A stretch of 62,704 nucleotides of DNA from Rhodoplanes serenus (GTDB lineage Bacteria > Pseudomonadota > Alphaproteobacteria > Rhizobiales > Xanthobacteraceae). The DNA lies in the NCBI GenBank assembly GCA_945893085.1, contig CAMDEB010000001.1:1-62704 (forward strand). The letters run 5' to 3'. The translations under genes were made by a program, and so were the position numbers. A model generated the notes under the pieces. It saw only the letters and a program-made list of their open reading frames with translations, did no database searches and was not told the DNA's origin. Positions 1-8,709 of this stretch are shown one piece after another. The stretch's first letter is position 1, and every line of letters begins with the position of its first letter.

Positions 1-1023
1 CGCCGAGCCAACCATCTGTCCTTGCAGCTTGAACATGGTATCGACGGAGATGTTCCGCCGCTTGATGTTCTCCAATACGCCTTCGGTCATCGACTGGACC
101 GACATCCACATCGGCATGAATGCCTTGGTGAGGACCTTGCCGATCTCGATCAGGTTCTTCTGGTTGTTCTTGGCGGTGGTCGCGAAGATCACGCGGGGAT
201 AGCCGTGTTTCTCGGCCATCTCATTCATTTTTCGCGCGAGCTCAATGTCAGTCGGGAACTGTCCGAAGTTCGGATCTGCAATCAGAAGGTTTGTCACGCG
301 GTTGCCGACGCGCTCGGCGATGTACTCGACCTCCTGAAGCAGCCGGTCGGTGTCGAAGCGGTTGACCTTGGCATAGAGCTTGTTGCCCTCGTGGCAGAAT
401 GTGCAGCTGAACGGGCAGCCGCGGTGGGTCTCAACCATCGGCGACAACTTGCCATCGAAGAATTTGTCGAGGGTGCCAGTGAGATACGGCGAGGGGAACT
501 CGTCGAGGTCGCGGTTGCGCGGGATCGCGGTGAACGGCGCGAAATTGCCCTTGGCGTCGAGGTGGATTGATCCGACGACGTCGGCGGTGCGCATCCGCAT
601 TGGATCGAAGCCGTTAGCGTGGGCAAGATCGAGCAGCGCCTTGAAGCTGCTTTCCCCCTCGAACATGCAATAAAAATCGATGATCCCGTCGAGCCGCCGC
701 ATCAGACGCTCTTGTTCCTTTGGGTCGTACGACACATACGGGCCACCCATGACGGTGATGACGTTGGGGGCGCGCGTCTTGACGTAGCGCGCGATCTCAG
801 ACGAGAGCTTGTGGTTCCAAGGATAGTTTGAGAACCCGATCATGTCTGGCATCTTGCGGTCAATCGCGCCGACGAGGTCCTCGGGGTATTTGAAAAGTTC
901 GAAGGTGTCGTCCGGGTGCTTCTCTTTGGCGTAGGCGGCGACCATTCCGACGTTCAGCGGAAAGCTGTCGTTGGAGATGGTGATCGTAACGTGGGTCAGA
1001 TCAGCCAGATAAACCAGCGCCAT
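1..1023 (-). CDS. Cobalamin-binding radical SAM protein (class B methyltransferase-like), 3' end runs off the window
   Basis: Not in the ORF track. My translation from ATG at 1023: MALVYLADLTHVTITISNDSFPLNVGMVAAYAK...IGFSNYPWN...VMGGP (B12-binding domain-like)...FEGE...PSPYLTG...ETHRGCPFSCTFCHEG (CxxxCxxC)...IADPNFG...SVQSM. Open to position 1. GGGGGA RBS upstream. Confidence 0.9.
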   Translation of the reverse strand, partial: MALVYLADLTHVTITISNDSFPLNVGMVAAYAKEKHPDDTFELFKYPEDLVGAIDRKMPDMIGFSNYPWNHKLSSEIARYVKTRAPNVITVMGGPYVSYDPKEQERLMRRLDGIIDFYCMFEGESSFKALLDLAHANGFDPMRMRTADVVGSIHLDAKGNFAPFTAIPRNRDLDEFPSPYLTGTLDKFFDGKLSPMVETHRGCPFSCTFCHEGNKLYAKVNRFDTDRLLQEVEYIAERVGNRVTNLLIADPNFGQFPTDIELARKMNEMAEKHGYPRVIFATTAKNNQKNLIEIGKVLTKAFMPMWMSVQSMTEGVLENIKRRNISVDTMFKLQGQMVGSA

Positions 1024-1035
1024 AAGGTTCCCCCA

Positions 1036-1106
1036 CATTGCGGGTGCCGCAATGCGATACGTCAAATCAAAGGAAGATTAACCACCGGTTGACCCTGCCG
1101 GTCAAC
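1036..1106. promoter_or_regulatory. Upstream region of the radical SAM gene with two inverted repeats and a CtrA-box-like site
   Basis: CATTGCGG-gtg-CCGCAATG at 1036-1054, GTTGACC-ctgcc-GGTCAAC at 1088-1106, and TTAA-N7-TTGAC at 1078-1093 (one mismatch to the CtrA consensus TTAA-N7-TTAAC). Confidence 0.3.
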
Positions 1107-1197
1107 GGAATGTAATCCGGTCTACACTGAGAGCGGTGCACTTCCCTTAACGCTAGCATTCGCAATGGCTTAAGTCGTCCGCAGGGCCGAGTCGGGC

Positions 1198-3099
1198 CTA
1201 CAGCAGCTTGCGCGTCCGCAACTCGTCGATCACTCGCTGCGCCGACACGTCGGCGCTTTCCTGCGCCGTGAGCAGCCGGATATCGGGCCGCTCCGGGGCT
1301 TCGTAGGGCTGATCCACGCCGGTGAAATTCTTGATCTGGCCGGCCAATGCCCGTTTGTAGAGGCCCTTGGGGTCACGTGCGACGCAGACATCGAGGGGCG
1401 TATCGACGAAAATCTCGATGAACTCGCCCGGAGCCATTTCGCGCAGCATGCGGCGTTCGGCGCGGAACGGCGAGATGAACGAGCACAGTACGATCAGCCC
1501 GGCTTCGGTCATCAGTTTGGCGACCTCGCCGATCCGGCGGATGTTCTCGACGCGATCCGCATCGGTGAAGCCGAGGTCCTTGTTCAGTCCGTGACGGACG
1601 TTGTCGCCGTCGAGCAGGACGGTATGCGCGCCAAGTGCATGCAGCCGCGTCTCGACCATGTTGGCGATGGTCGACTTGCCGGCGCCGGAAAGACCAGTGA
1701 ACCAGAGGATGGCAGGGGTCTGATGCTTGATCTGCGCACGCTCGCTCTTGGTGATCGTGATGTCCTGGTGATGGATGTTGGCGGCGCGGCGAAGCGCAAA
1801 TGAGATCATGCCGGCCGCCGCGGTCTCGTTGGTGAAACGGTCGATCAGGATGAAGGCGCCTGTGTCGCGGTTGTCCGCGTAGGGGTCGAAAGCGATCGGC
1901 GTGGATGTCGCGAGGTTGCAAAACCCCACCTCGTTAAGCGACAGCGTCTTGGCCGCGTGCTCGGCCAGCGTGCTGACATCGACGCGGTGCTTCAGCTCGG
2001 TCACGGAGCAGGGGACAATCTGCGCGCCGGCCTTCATCAAATAGGAGCGACCGGGCAGCAGCGGATCGCTGCTCATCCAGATGATGCGGGCGCCGAACTG
2101 GTCCGCAACCTGCGGGCGGTCCTTCGGAGCAGCCAGCACGTCGCCGCGGGCGATGTCGAGTTCGTCCGCAAGTGTCAGAGTGACCGCGTCTCCCGAGCGC
2201 GCGACGTCGAGATCGCCGTCCATCGTGACGATGCGTTCGACCCGGCTGCTGCGCCCGGACCGCGCGACCGCGATTTCATCGTTGGGCCTGATCGTGCCGC
2301 TCGCGATGGTTCCGCAAAAGCCGCGGAAGTCGAGATGCGGCCGGTTGACCCATTGTACAGGAAAGCGGAACGGCAGCGTGTCCCGCTCGCTTCCGATGTT
2401 CATGCTTTCGAGCGTGCCGAGCATATCGCTGCCGTCGAACCATGGTGTGCGTCCACTCTTCGACGAAAGATTGTCACCGAAGCGTGCAGAAATCGGAATC
2501 GGCGTAATGGTCTTGTATCCAAGCGGCTTGGCGAACGCGGCAAACTTCGACGTGATGTCTTCGAACACGGCCCGGTCGAATCCGACAAGGTCCATCTTGT
2601 TCACTGCGAGGATCACATGCCGGATACCGAGCAGCGAGACGATGATGGAATGGCGGAAGGTCTGTCTCAACAGTCCCTTGCGCGCATCGACCAGGATTAC
2701 CGCGACATCGGCATTGGACGCGCCGGTCGCCATGTTGCGTGTATACTGCTCGTGGCCCGGCGTATCGGCCACGATGAAGGAGCGCTTCGGCGTTGAGAAA
2801 TAGCGGTAGGCCACGTCGATGGTAATGCCTTGCTCGCGCTCGGCCTCGAGGCCGTCGAGCAGAAGCGCATAGTCGATATCGTCGCCGACCGTGCCGTGCT
2901 TTTGAGAATCGCGTGCGAGTGCCGAAAGCTGGTCCTCGAAGATTAGCCGGTTCTCGTAGAGCATGCGGCCAATGAGCGTCGACTTGCCGTCGTCGACCGA
3001 ACCGCAGGTCAGGATGCGCAGCGCCGGCAGCAGGCGAGGGTCCGACGACGCGGACGCGCCGGATGTCTCCAGCAGGGCGGCGGGGCGCTCGCTCGACAT
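1198..3099 (-). CDS. cysNC: Bifunctional sulfate adenylyltransferase subunit 1 / adenylyl-sulfate kinase (CysN/CysC, NodQ-like)
   Basis: GTPase motifs GSVDDGKST, EREQGITID, DTPGH, NKMD. C-terminal APS kinase WFTGLSGAGKST, LDGDNVRHGL, RDPKGLY. Confidence 0.97.
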   Translation of the reverse strand: MSSERPAALLETSGASASSDPRLLPALRILTCGSVDDGKSTLIGRMLYENRLIFEDQLSALARDSQKHGTVGDDIDYALLLDGLEAEREQGITIDVAYRYFSTPKRSFIVADTPGHEQYTRNMATGASNADVAVILVDARKGLLRQTFRHSIIVSLLGIRHVILAVNKMDLVGFDRAVFEDITSKFAAFAKPLGYKTITPIPISARFGDNLSSKSGRTPWFDGSDMLGTLESMNIGSERDTLPFRFPVQWVNRPHLDFRGFCGTIASGTIRPNDEIAVARSGRSSRVERIVTMDGDLDVARSGDAVTLTLADELDIARGDVLAAPKDRPQVADQFGARIIWMSSDPLLPGRSYLMKAGAQIVPCSVTELKHRVDVSTLAEHAAKTLSLNEVGFCNLATSTPIAFDPYADNRDTGAFILIDRFTNETAAAGMISFALRRAANIHHQDITITKSERAQIKHQTPAILWFTGLSGAGKSTIANMVETRLHALGAHTVLLDGDNVRHGLNKDLGFTDADRVENIRRIGEVAKLMTEAGLIVLCSFISPFRAERRMLREMAPGEFIEIFVDTPLDVCVARDPKGLYKRALAGQIKNFTGVDQPYEAPERPDIRLLTAQESADVSAQRVIDELRTRKLL

Positions 3100-4040
3100 C
3101 AGAAATAGCCCTCTCGCTTCTTGCGCTCCATCGAGCTCGATTCATCGTGGTCGATGAGCCTGCCCATGCGCTCCGAATGATTGGAGGCGAGCATTTCGGC
3201 GATGATCTCGTCGAGCGTTGCAGCGTCGGAGCGGATCGCGCCAGTGAGCGGATAGCATCCGAGCGTACGGAAGCGCACTTGCTCCATCCTTTGCGCTTCG
3301 CCCGGCTGGAGCGGGAGGCGGTCGTCGTCGACCATGATCAGCGTTCCCTCGCGCTCGACGACGGGACGCGGCTTGGAAAAATACAGCGGAACGACCGGGA
3401 TATTCTCGGCACGGATATATTCCCATACGTCGATCTCAGTCCAGTTGGACAGTGGGAACACCCGCATCGACTCACCCGGGTTGATGCGGGTGTTGAAGAT
3501 GTTCCACAGCTCGGGCCGTTGGTTGCGCGGGTCCCAGGCATGCGCAGCGGAGCGGTGGGAGAAGATCCGTTCCTTCGCCCGGCTCTTGTCCTCGTCGCGC
3601 CGTGCGCCGCCGAAGGCCGCGTCGAACTGCCACTTGTCGAGCGCCTGCCGCAACGCCTCGGTCTTCATCACGCGCGTATGGACCGACGATCCGGAAGCGA
3701 CAGGAGAGATGCCCTGCGCGACGCCGTCCGGGTTGGTGTGGACCAGAAGCTCCATGCCGACGCGTGCCGCGGTCTGATCGCGGAACGAAATCATTTCCCG
3801 GAATTTCCAGGTCGTATCGACATGCAGCAGCGGGAACGGCGGCTTCGCCGGAAAGAAGGCCTTGAGCGCGAGATGCAGCATCGCGCTCGAATCCTTACCG
3901 ATCGAATAGAGCATGACCGGCTTGTGAAACTCGGCCACCACCTCGCGGATGATATGGATGGCTTCCGCTTCGAGGCGCCGCAGTCGAATAAGGCTGTCAC
4001 GCCAAGCCATCGGCGGGCTCTTAACCATTGGGCGGTTCAT
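3099..4040 (-). CDS. cysD: Sulfate adenylyltransferase subunit 2 (CysD/NodP)
   Basis: YSIGKDS PP-loop, [26 protein letters not shown]-terminal KKREGYF. Stop overlaps the cysNC start. Exact start uncertain (4040, 4028 or 4010). Confidence 0.97.
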   Translation of the reverse strand: MNRPMVKSPPMAWRDSLIRLRRLEAEAIHIIREVVAEFHKPVMLYSIGKDSSAMLHLALKAFFPAKPPFPLLHVDTTWKFREMISFRDQTAARVGMELLVHTNPDGVAQGISPVASGSSVHTRVMKTEALRQALDKWQFDAAFGGARRDEDKSRAKERIFSHRSAAHAWDPRNQRPELWNIFNTRINPGESMRVFPLSNWTEIDVWEYIRAENIPVVPLYFSKPRPVVEREGTLIMVDDDRLPLQPGEAQRMEQVRFRTLGCYPLTGAIRSDAATLDEIIAEMLASNHSERMGRLIDHDESSSMERKKREGYF

Positions 4041-4238
4041 GGATCAGGGATTAGTCCAGCAGGGTAATCCAGGCAACCGAAAACCCGATTGTTGCGATTC
4101 AAGGCCAATTGCGGATGCCGCCGAAGCGCGTGACGAGCGTTGGGATTCACCAAACTTGTCACGGGCCCCCCGGCCGACTAAGTTCGCGCCAAATCAATGG
4201 AGCGCGGCATGGTTTCGCTTGCTTCGGGTTCGAATTTT

Positions 4239-5143
4239 ATGAAGTCTTGGCGGCGCGAAGGCGCCGGCCGCACCCTGACATCGACGTTCGGCAAGATCGG
4301 GCTGTCTCTGCCTGCGAGCCGTACATTGGCGCGCGCGACCAAGATTTCGCTCTCGCCGATGGACTACGTCACGCGCCGCACCGGTTCGGGGCCTCCGCGA
4401 AGCTCCGCGTGTCGAAGGACAAGGACTATGCCTTCCTGACCCACGACCAGGTCCCGGCGCTGGACGCCTTGAAGCACCATTGCGAGGCAATGTTCGAGCG
4501 CCAAAAGGAAACGGTGCTGGCCGCAACCAAGGCGCCGCATTCGCTGTTCTCCTACAACAAGACGCCGGATGGGCCGGAGGTCGTGCAGGTCGACGAGATG
4601 CGGCCGATCGTCGACTTCCTGTGCCACCCTGATCTCGTTTCGATGGCGGTTGACTACATCGGCGAGATGCCCGTGCTGGGCAACATCTGTCTGTGGTATT
4701 CGCGGACCGGCTCCGAGCGTCTTGGACCCCAAAACATTCATCGCGACATGAACTGCAAGCGGCAGCTTCATGTCGTGATCCCGATCCGCCCGATCGACCA
4801 GGGAACCGGGCCGTTCACATTCTGGCCCGGCGACAAAAGCTGCGAGGTGATCGAAAAGATCAATCACTTCTATGGCCGTTTCGAGGACGATGAGTTCTTC
4901 AATCTCGCCGGCCGAGACCAGATGATCCCGTTCACCAGCGAGCGTGGAGCGGCTCTTGCGATCAATCCATATGCCTGCTTCCATTTCGGCGGTCGTGCCG
5001 AGACTACGCCGCGTTTCGTGCTGATCTGCTCGTATACTTCGCGCTTCGAAAATGCGGAGGAGGGGCTTGGCACTTACCGGCTGGTGAACCGCGGCAGATT
5101 TTCCGACGGCAGCTCGCTCCGGCGGAAACTTTTGAACCTCTGA
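4239..5143 (+). pseudogene. PhyH-like Fe(II)/2-oxoglutarate dioxygenase with an apparent 1-nt frameshift near 4380
   Basis: The C-terminal frame has HRD (HxD), GPF, a distal H in CFHFGGR, and PRFVL. GC3-rich codons run from ATG 4239 (MKSWRREGAG...PMDYVTRR) and switch frame near 4380 to RFGASAKLRVSKDK. The track's TTG 4109 N-terminus looks non-coding. May be a sequencing error in an intact gene. Confidence 0.6.
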
Positions 5144-5169
5144 CCTGGAGGCCCTGACCGGTCGGCGAT

Positions 5170-5457
5170 TCAGGCGCCTTGCCGATATGAGACCGGCGAG
5201 GCGGTAGCCTGCCGCAGCGCGTATGCAAGTGCGGCTCCCAGCAAATGCCAGATCGAGCGCGGGTAGAGCATTTCGTGGATCGACGACTCCACGGCGGAAC
5301 ACGATCAGAATCAGAACAAGCAGTCGGGCTGCCGTGTCATCTTGCGGGCGCACCCATTTCGTCCACAGGGTCCGGATAGCCGGTATCGAAAGTCCAGAAA
5401 TCCGATCAGCCCCATTTCGGCGAGCAGCCATACCGCAAAGATCGCAAAAAATAGCAA
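5170..5457 (-). pseudogene. Decayed C-terminal fragment of an O-antigen ligase/Wzy_C-like membrane protein
   Basis: With two compensating frameshifts (~5392, ~5296) the minus strand reads WLLAEMGLIGFL/SIPAIRTLWTKWVRPQDDTAARLLVLILIVF/AVESSIHEMLYPRSIWHLLGAALAYALRQ...GA*. This resembles ligase C-termini. No N-terminal part is present. Confidence 0.55.
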
Positions 5458-5491
5458 TGGCGCCGAACGCGCCAGCTTTACGAATGGCTAT

Positions 5492-6670
5492 TTATCCTTG
5501 GGAGCGAATGCCCGCTGCGGCAGTTTTGCGTTCGATCAGGGACCGGTAAAGTCCATCATACTGCTCTACACACTGTTCGATCGAAAATCGCTCCTCGGCT
5601 CGCTTGCGTGCAGCTTGGCCCATCCGTTGCCGCGCAGCCGGGTCAGAAACGAGGCTTAGCATGGCCTGACCAAGCGCTGCCGGATTTCGCGGCGGCACGA
5701 TCAGGCCGGTCTCCGCGTGCACGACGGACTCGGCGTTGCCGCCGACGTCGGTCGCCACCATTGGCAGGCCTGCAGCCATGCATTCGAGGATAGCATTCGC
5801 AAACCCCTCCTGGTGCGAGCAGAGAATCCCTATGTTGGCGCCCTTGAGCAGTGATTCTACGTCGGTCCGTTCGCCGAGAAAGCGGATGTGTCCGGTTAGG
5901 CCTAGGCTTTGGACCTGAGCCTCAAGCTTGCTCCGGATGCCGTCGTCGCGGCCGACACACAACAGGGTCCACTGCTCCGGCATCTGCCCTTGGACGGCGG
6001 CCAGCGCGTCAATGAGATCGCTGTGGCCTTTGTAGGGGATCAGATTGGCGACGATGATGAGGACAACCCCCGGCGGCGCGCTGGATCCATCCGCGCCGGT
6101 CGCCCGAGCCCGATCGATGCTGCCAATGTCGATGCCGTTGTAGATGACACTGACCTTGCCGCGCGCGCAGCCCTCGACATCGACCAGTTGATCGAATACA
6201 GCGCGCGAGTTGCCCAGAATCGCGTCCATCCGGCGGTGCAAGAACCGTTCGAGCCGGGCGAGGATGGGATGTTGCGCCTGATAGAGATTGAGACTCCGCC
6301 GGCTCATGACCAGCGTCGGCACGCGCATGAGCCACGCCAGCGGCGCTCCGATCACATAAGCCAGCGGAAGAAAAAAATGAACAATCTGCGGCCGTTCGAG
6401 CAGCAGGATTTTCAGAAGCTTCAGGCACGATGCGAACAGCCCCAGGGGCTTTCCGAAAAAAGTCTGCCGCGATCCGCCGTCCCATGGCGGGCCGATGACG
6501 GCAACACCCGCGCGTTCGACCACGTCCGCCTGAACGCCGCGCCGGCTGATGCAATAGATCGTGGGCTCCCATCCGAGCTGTTTCAGCCTCGGCGCGACCA
6601 GCGATAGGTGACGCTCCGCCCCGCCGAGGTCGAGCGATCCGATTATGTAGAGAATTTTCTTTTGCGGCAC
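5492..6670 (-). CDS. GT4 family glycosyltransferase
   Basis: GGAERH, VIYNGID, VANLIPYKGH, EGFANAILECMAAGLPMVATDVGG (EX7E). Confidence 0.93.
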   Translation of the reverse strand: MPQKKILYIIGSLDLGGAERHLSLVAPRLKQLGWEPTIYCISRRGVQADVVERAGVAVIGPPWDGGSRQTFFGKPLGLFASCLKLLKILLLERPQIVHFFLPLAYVIGAPLAWLMRVPTLVMSRRSLNLYQAQHPILARLERFLHRRMDAILGNSRAVFDQLVDVEGCARGKVSVIYNGIDIGSIDRARATGADGSSAPPGVVLIIVANLIPYKGHSDLIDALAAVQGQMPEQWTLLCVGRDDGIRSKLEAQVQSLGLTGHIRFLGERTDVESLLKGANIGILCSHQEGFANAILECMAAGLPMVATDVGGNAESVVHAETGLIVPPRNPAALGQAMLSLVSDPAARQRMGQAARKRAEERFSIEQCVEQYDGLYRSLIERKTAAAGIRSQG

Positions 6671-6744
6671 CTGTCGATCTCTGCGATCCGTTCGGAGTGA
6701 TGGTTGGTGCTTCGATGCTCTCTTCGGGCGCTAGGCGCAAAAGC

Positions 6745-7074
6745 TTACTTGGGCAGCACCGTAGGAGCGTGACGCTCCCACTCTTCCAAACTCATGGCGC
6801 GGTCATCGATCATGAGATCGAAGTAGGGCTTGCCAAATAGAAGTTCGTGGTAACGGACGCCCCAGGCATTCATCTGCTGCTCGGTAATCTCCCGGCAATC
6901 CCGGCTGGTTACCGTTCCCCGCGCAGTGAACAGCACGATCTTGTGTCCGACATCATAGAGAGCATTTATCTGTGCGATCGTGCGGCCGATCGGCATCGCC
7001 TTCTCGTATTCGCCGTGTGTGTTTGTGCAGATCACTCCATCGACGTCGAAACAGTAGGTCTTATGTTCCGTCAC
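6745..7074 (-). CDS. Small HAD-superfamily phosphatase (capsule-biosynthesis phosphatase-like)
   Basis: FDVDGVI (DxD), FTARG, FGKP, IDDRA motifs in a 109-aa capless HAD fold. GTG start. Confidence 0.85.
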   Translation of the reverse strand: MTEHKTYCFDVDGVICTNTHGEYEKAMPIGRTIAQINALYDVGHKIVLFTARGTVTSRDCREITEQQMNAWGVRYHELLFGKPYFDLMIDDRAMSLEEWERHAPTVLPK

Positions 7075-7382
7075 GATTGTCCCCAGTGGCGTCGTTGGAT
7101 CGTGTCGCCGGAATGTTTCTGTTCGTTCCTGCGGGGGCCGTCAACAGTGTTGCCTGTCTATCTTCGCACCGCGCCGTTGGGTCATGCTGGCCATGCTTCA
7201 TCACCGCGAGGTCTTCGATCCAACTGCCCGGGCGCAGCACGCTCAGTCTCTGAATGTCGGATGCGTTTGCTGGTTGATCGCCCGACCGGATACGGTTTTG
7301 TCCATCATGGTAAAATGCTAACCATGGCAATGGTTTGTCGTCGACAAATCAAGGTCGCTGAGCTGTTTGTACTGCGCCTCAA

Positions 7383-7425
7383 TTGACCCCCTGGCTCTCC
7401 TTACGTTATGTTCACAAACTGAACA
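7383..7425 (+). promoter_or_regulatory. Predicted sigma70 promoter with overlapping palindromic operator TGTTCA-N5-TGAACA
   Basis: TTGACC at 7383, TATGTT at 7407 (18-nt spacer), perfect inverted repeat at 7409-7425, ending 18 nt before the regulator's ATG. Confidence 0.6.
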
Positions 7426-7443
7426 CGGAGACGACGGAAGGCC

Positions 7444-8082
7444 ATGGCCGGGGCGGAAGAACAGATTGTCCACCGTCTGTTGACGGCGATCGACAACGAC
7501 GCAGGGGTCTCGCAGCGTCGGCTTTCGACCGACATGGGAATCGCGGTTGGCTCGGTCAATTGGTATGTCAAACGTTGCCTCAGCAAGGGCTTAATCAAGC
7601 TCAAGCATGCTCCGGTCAAGCGTTATCTCTATTATCTTACGCCCAAGGGTTTTGAGGAAAAGTCGCGGCTGACCGGGGCTTATCTCCAGCGCTCGCTTGA
7701 ATTGTACCGGCAGGGTCGGCACGAGTGCTCGGAAGTTCTCAAAGATTTCGTCGCGCGTGGAAAGGTGCGGGTCTTTCTCGCCGGCGACGGCGATTTCGCG
7801 GAGATCGCGTATCTGACCAGTTTGAGCACGCCGATTCAGATTCGCGCGGTAATCGATAATGTCTCGGGGCGGCCGTCTTGCGCTGGTGTGCCGGTGTTCT
7901 CCTCGCTTGCGGACGCTATGAATGCGACGGGAGGAGGTAGCCCCGATGCAATACTGCTCACCGATCTTAGCCGCCCGCGCCGCTGTTACGCAGCGATTGC
8001 CGAACAGGCCAGCGAGATCGGATTGAGCCTGGACGCCATCCACGTTCCGCGTGTGCTGAACTTCAGGCCGCAACATGATTGA
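7444..8082 (+). CDS. MarR-type winged-helix transcriptional regulator, EPS-associated, with C-terminal Rossmann-like domain
   Basis: SQRRLSTDMGIAVGSVNWYVKRCLSKGLIK...YLYYLTPKGFEEKSRLT is typical of MarR_EPS regulators. C-terminal VFLAGDGDFAEIA. Confidence 0.88.
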   Translation: MAGAEEQIVHRLLTAIDNDAGVSQRRLSTDMGIAVGSVNWYVKRCLSKGLIKLKHAPVKRYLYYLTPKGFEEKSRLTGAYLQRSLELYRQGRHECSEVLKDFVARGKVRVFLAGDGDFAEIAYLTSLSTPIQIRAVIDNVSGRPSCAGVPVFSSLADAMNATGGGSPDAILLTDLSRPRRCYAAIAEQASEIGLSLDAIHVPRVLNFRPQHD

Positions 8083-8590
8083 CGTCGCCGCCCATAGCTG
8101 GATCGTCGCCAGCACGCATCCGCATAAAGAGCTTATTGCGCTCGACAATCTCGAGCGTCAGGGCTTCAAAGTTTATTGCCCCAAGATCCGAAAGCGCATC
8201 AGCCACGCCCGGCGCCTGCATCAGGTGATCCGTCCGCTGTTTCCCGGCTACATTTTCATCCGCCTCAATCCGGAGTACCAGCAATGGCGCTCGATTGGCT
8301 CGACCTTCGGCGTTCGAAACCTGATACGCTTCGGCGACCGGCCGGGCACCGTTCCCGACCAATTTGTGGAACGACTGCGCGCGACCGAACAGCAGGGCGT
8401 CGTTGCCGTGCCAAGCGCCCGTGACAGCTACCGGCCTGGTGAGAAGGTTCGCCTGCGCGAAGGCCCTTTTGAGGGCCTAATCGCAACGGTGCTGGCGGTG
8501 AGCGAATGCGACCGGGTGGTGGTGCTCATGGATCTCCTGCGCCGCAGCGTACGCGTCAGGCTTGCGATCAATGAGGTTGTCCCGGCTTAA
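8075..8590 (+). CDS. rfaH: NusG/RfaH-family transcription antiterminator
   Basis: NGN domain (W...T.PHKE..A..NLERQGF, PLFPGYIF, STFGV) and KOW motif PGEKVRLREGPFEGL. Confidence 0.88.
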   Translation: MIDVAAHSWIVASTHPHKELIALDNLERQGFKVYCPKIRKRISHARRLHQVIRPLFPGYIFIRLNPEYQQWRSIGSTFGVRNLIRFGDRPGTVPDQFVERLRATEQQGVVAVPSARDSYRPGEKVRLREGPFEGLIATVLAVSECDRVVVLMDLLRRSVRVRLAINEVVPA

Positions 8591-8709
8591 GGCGTCCGCC
8601 GACCCGGCTTCTTGCGGCGATTGCTGGAGTATGACCACAAAACCGCGTCTTTGCGATAAGTTCCTCTGTTTCGCCGCGGGCAATCATCGACCGATGGATC
8701 GGATGGCTG

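Noticed and set aside
1198-4040. Nodulation (nod) gene cluster
   Set aside because: nodPQ-like genes are present but there is no nodABC or nod box. The context is surface glycan synthesis.
5200-5211. Perfect ops consensus GGCGGTAGCCTG on the + strand
   Set aside because: It points into a convergent gene with no + strand operon for 2 kb, and is the antisense of codons (QATA) in the ligase relic. Probably coincidental.
7061-7330. 89-aa minus-strand ORF in the divergent promoter region
   Set aside because: No motif or coding-like bias; it overlaps the likely promoter DNA.
7409-7425. Possible alphaproteobacterial LexA box
   Set aside because: That box is a direct repeat (GTTC-N7-GTTC); this site is inverted (GTTC-N7-GAAC).
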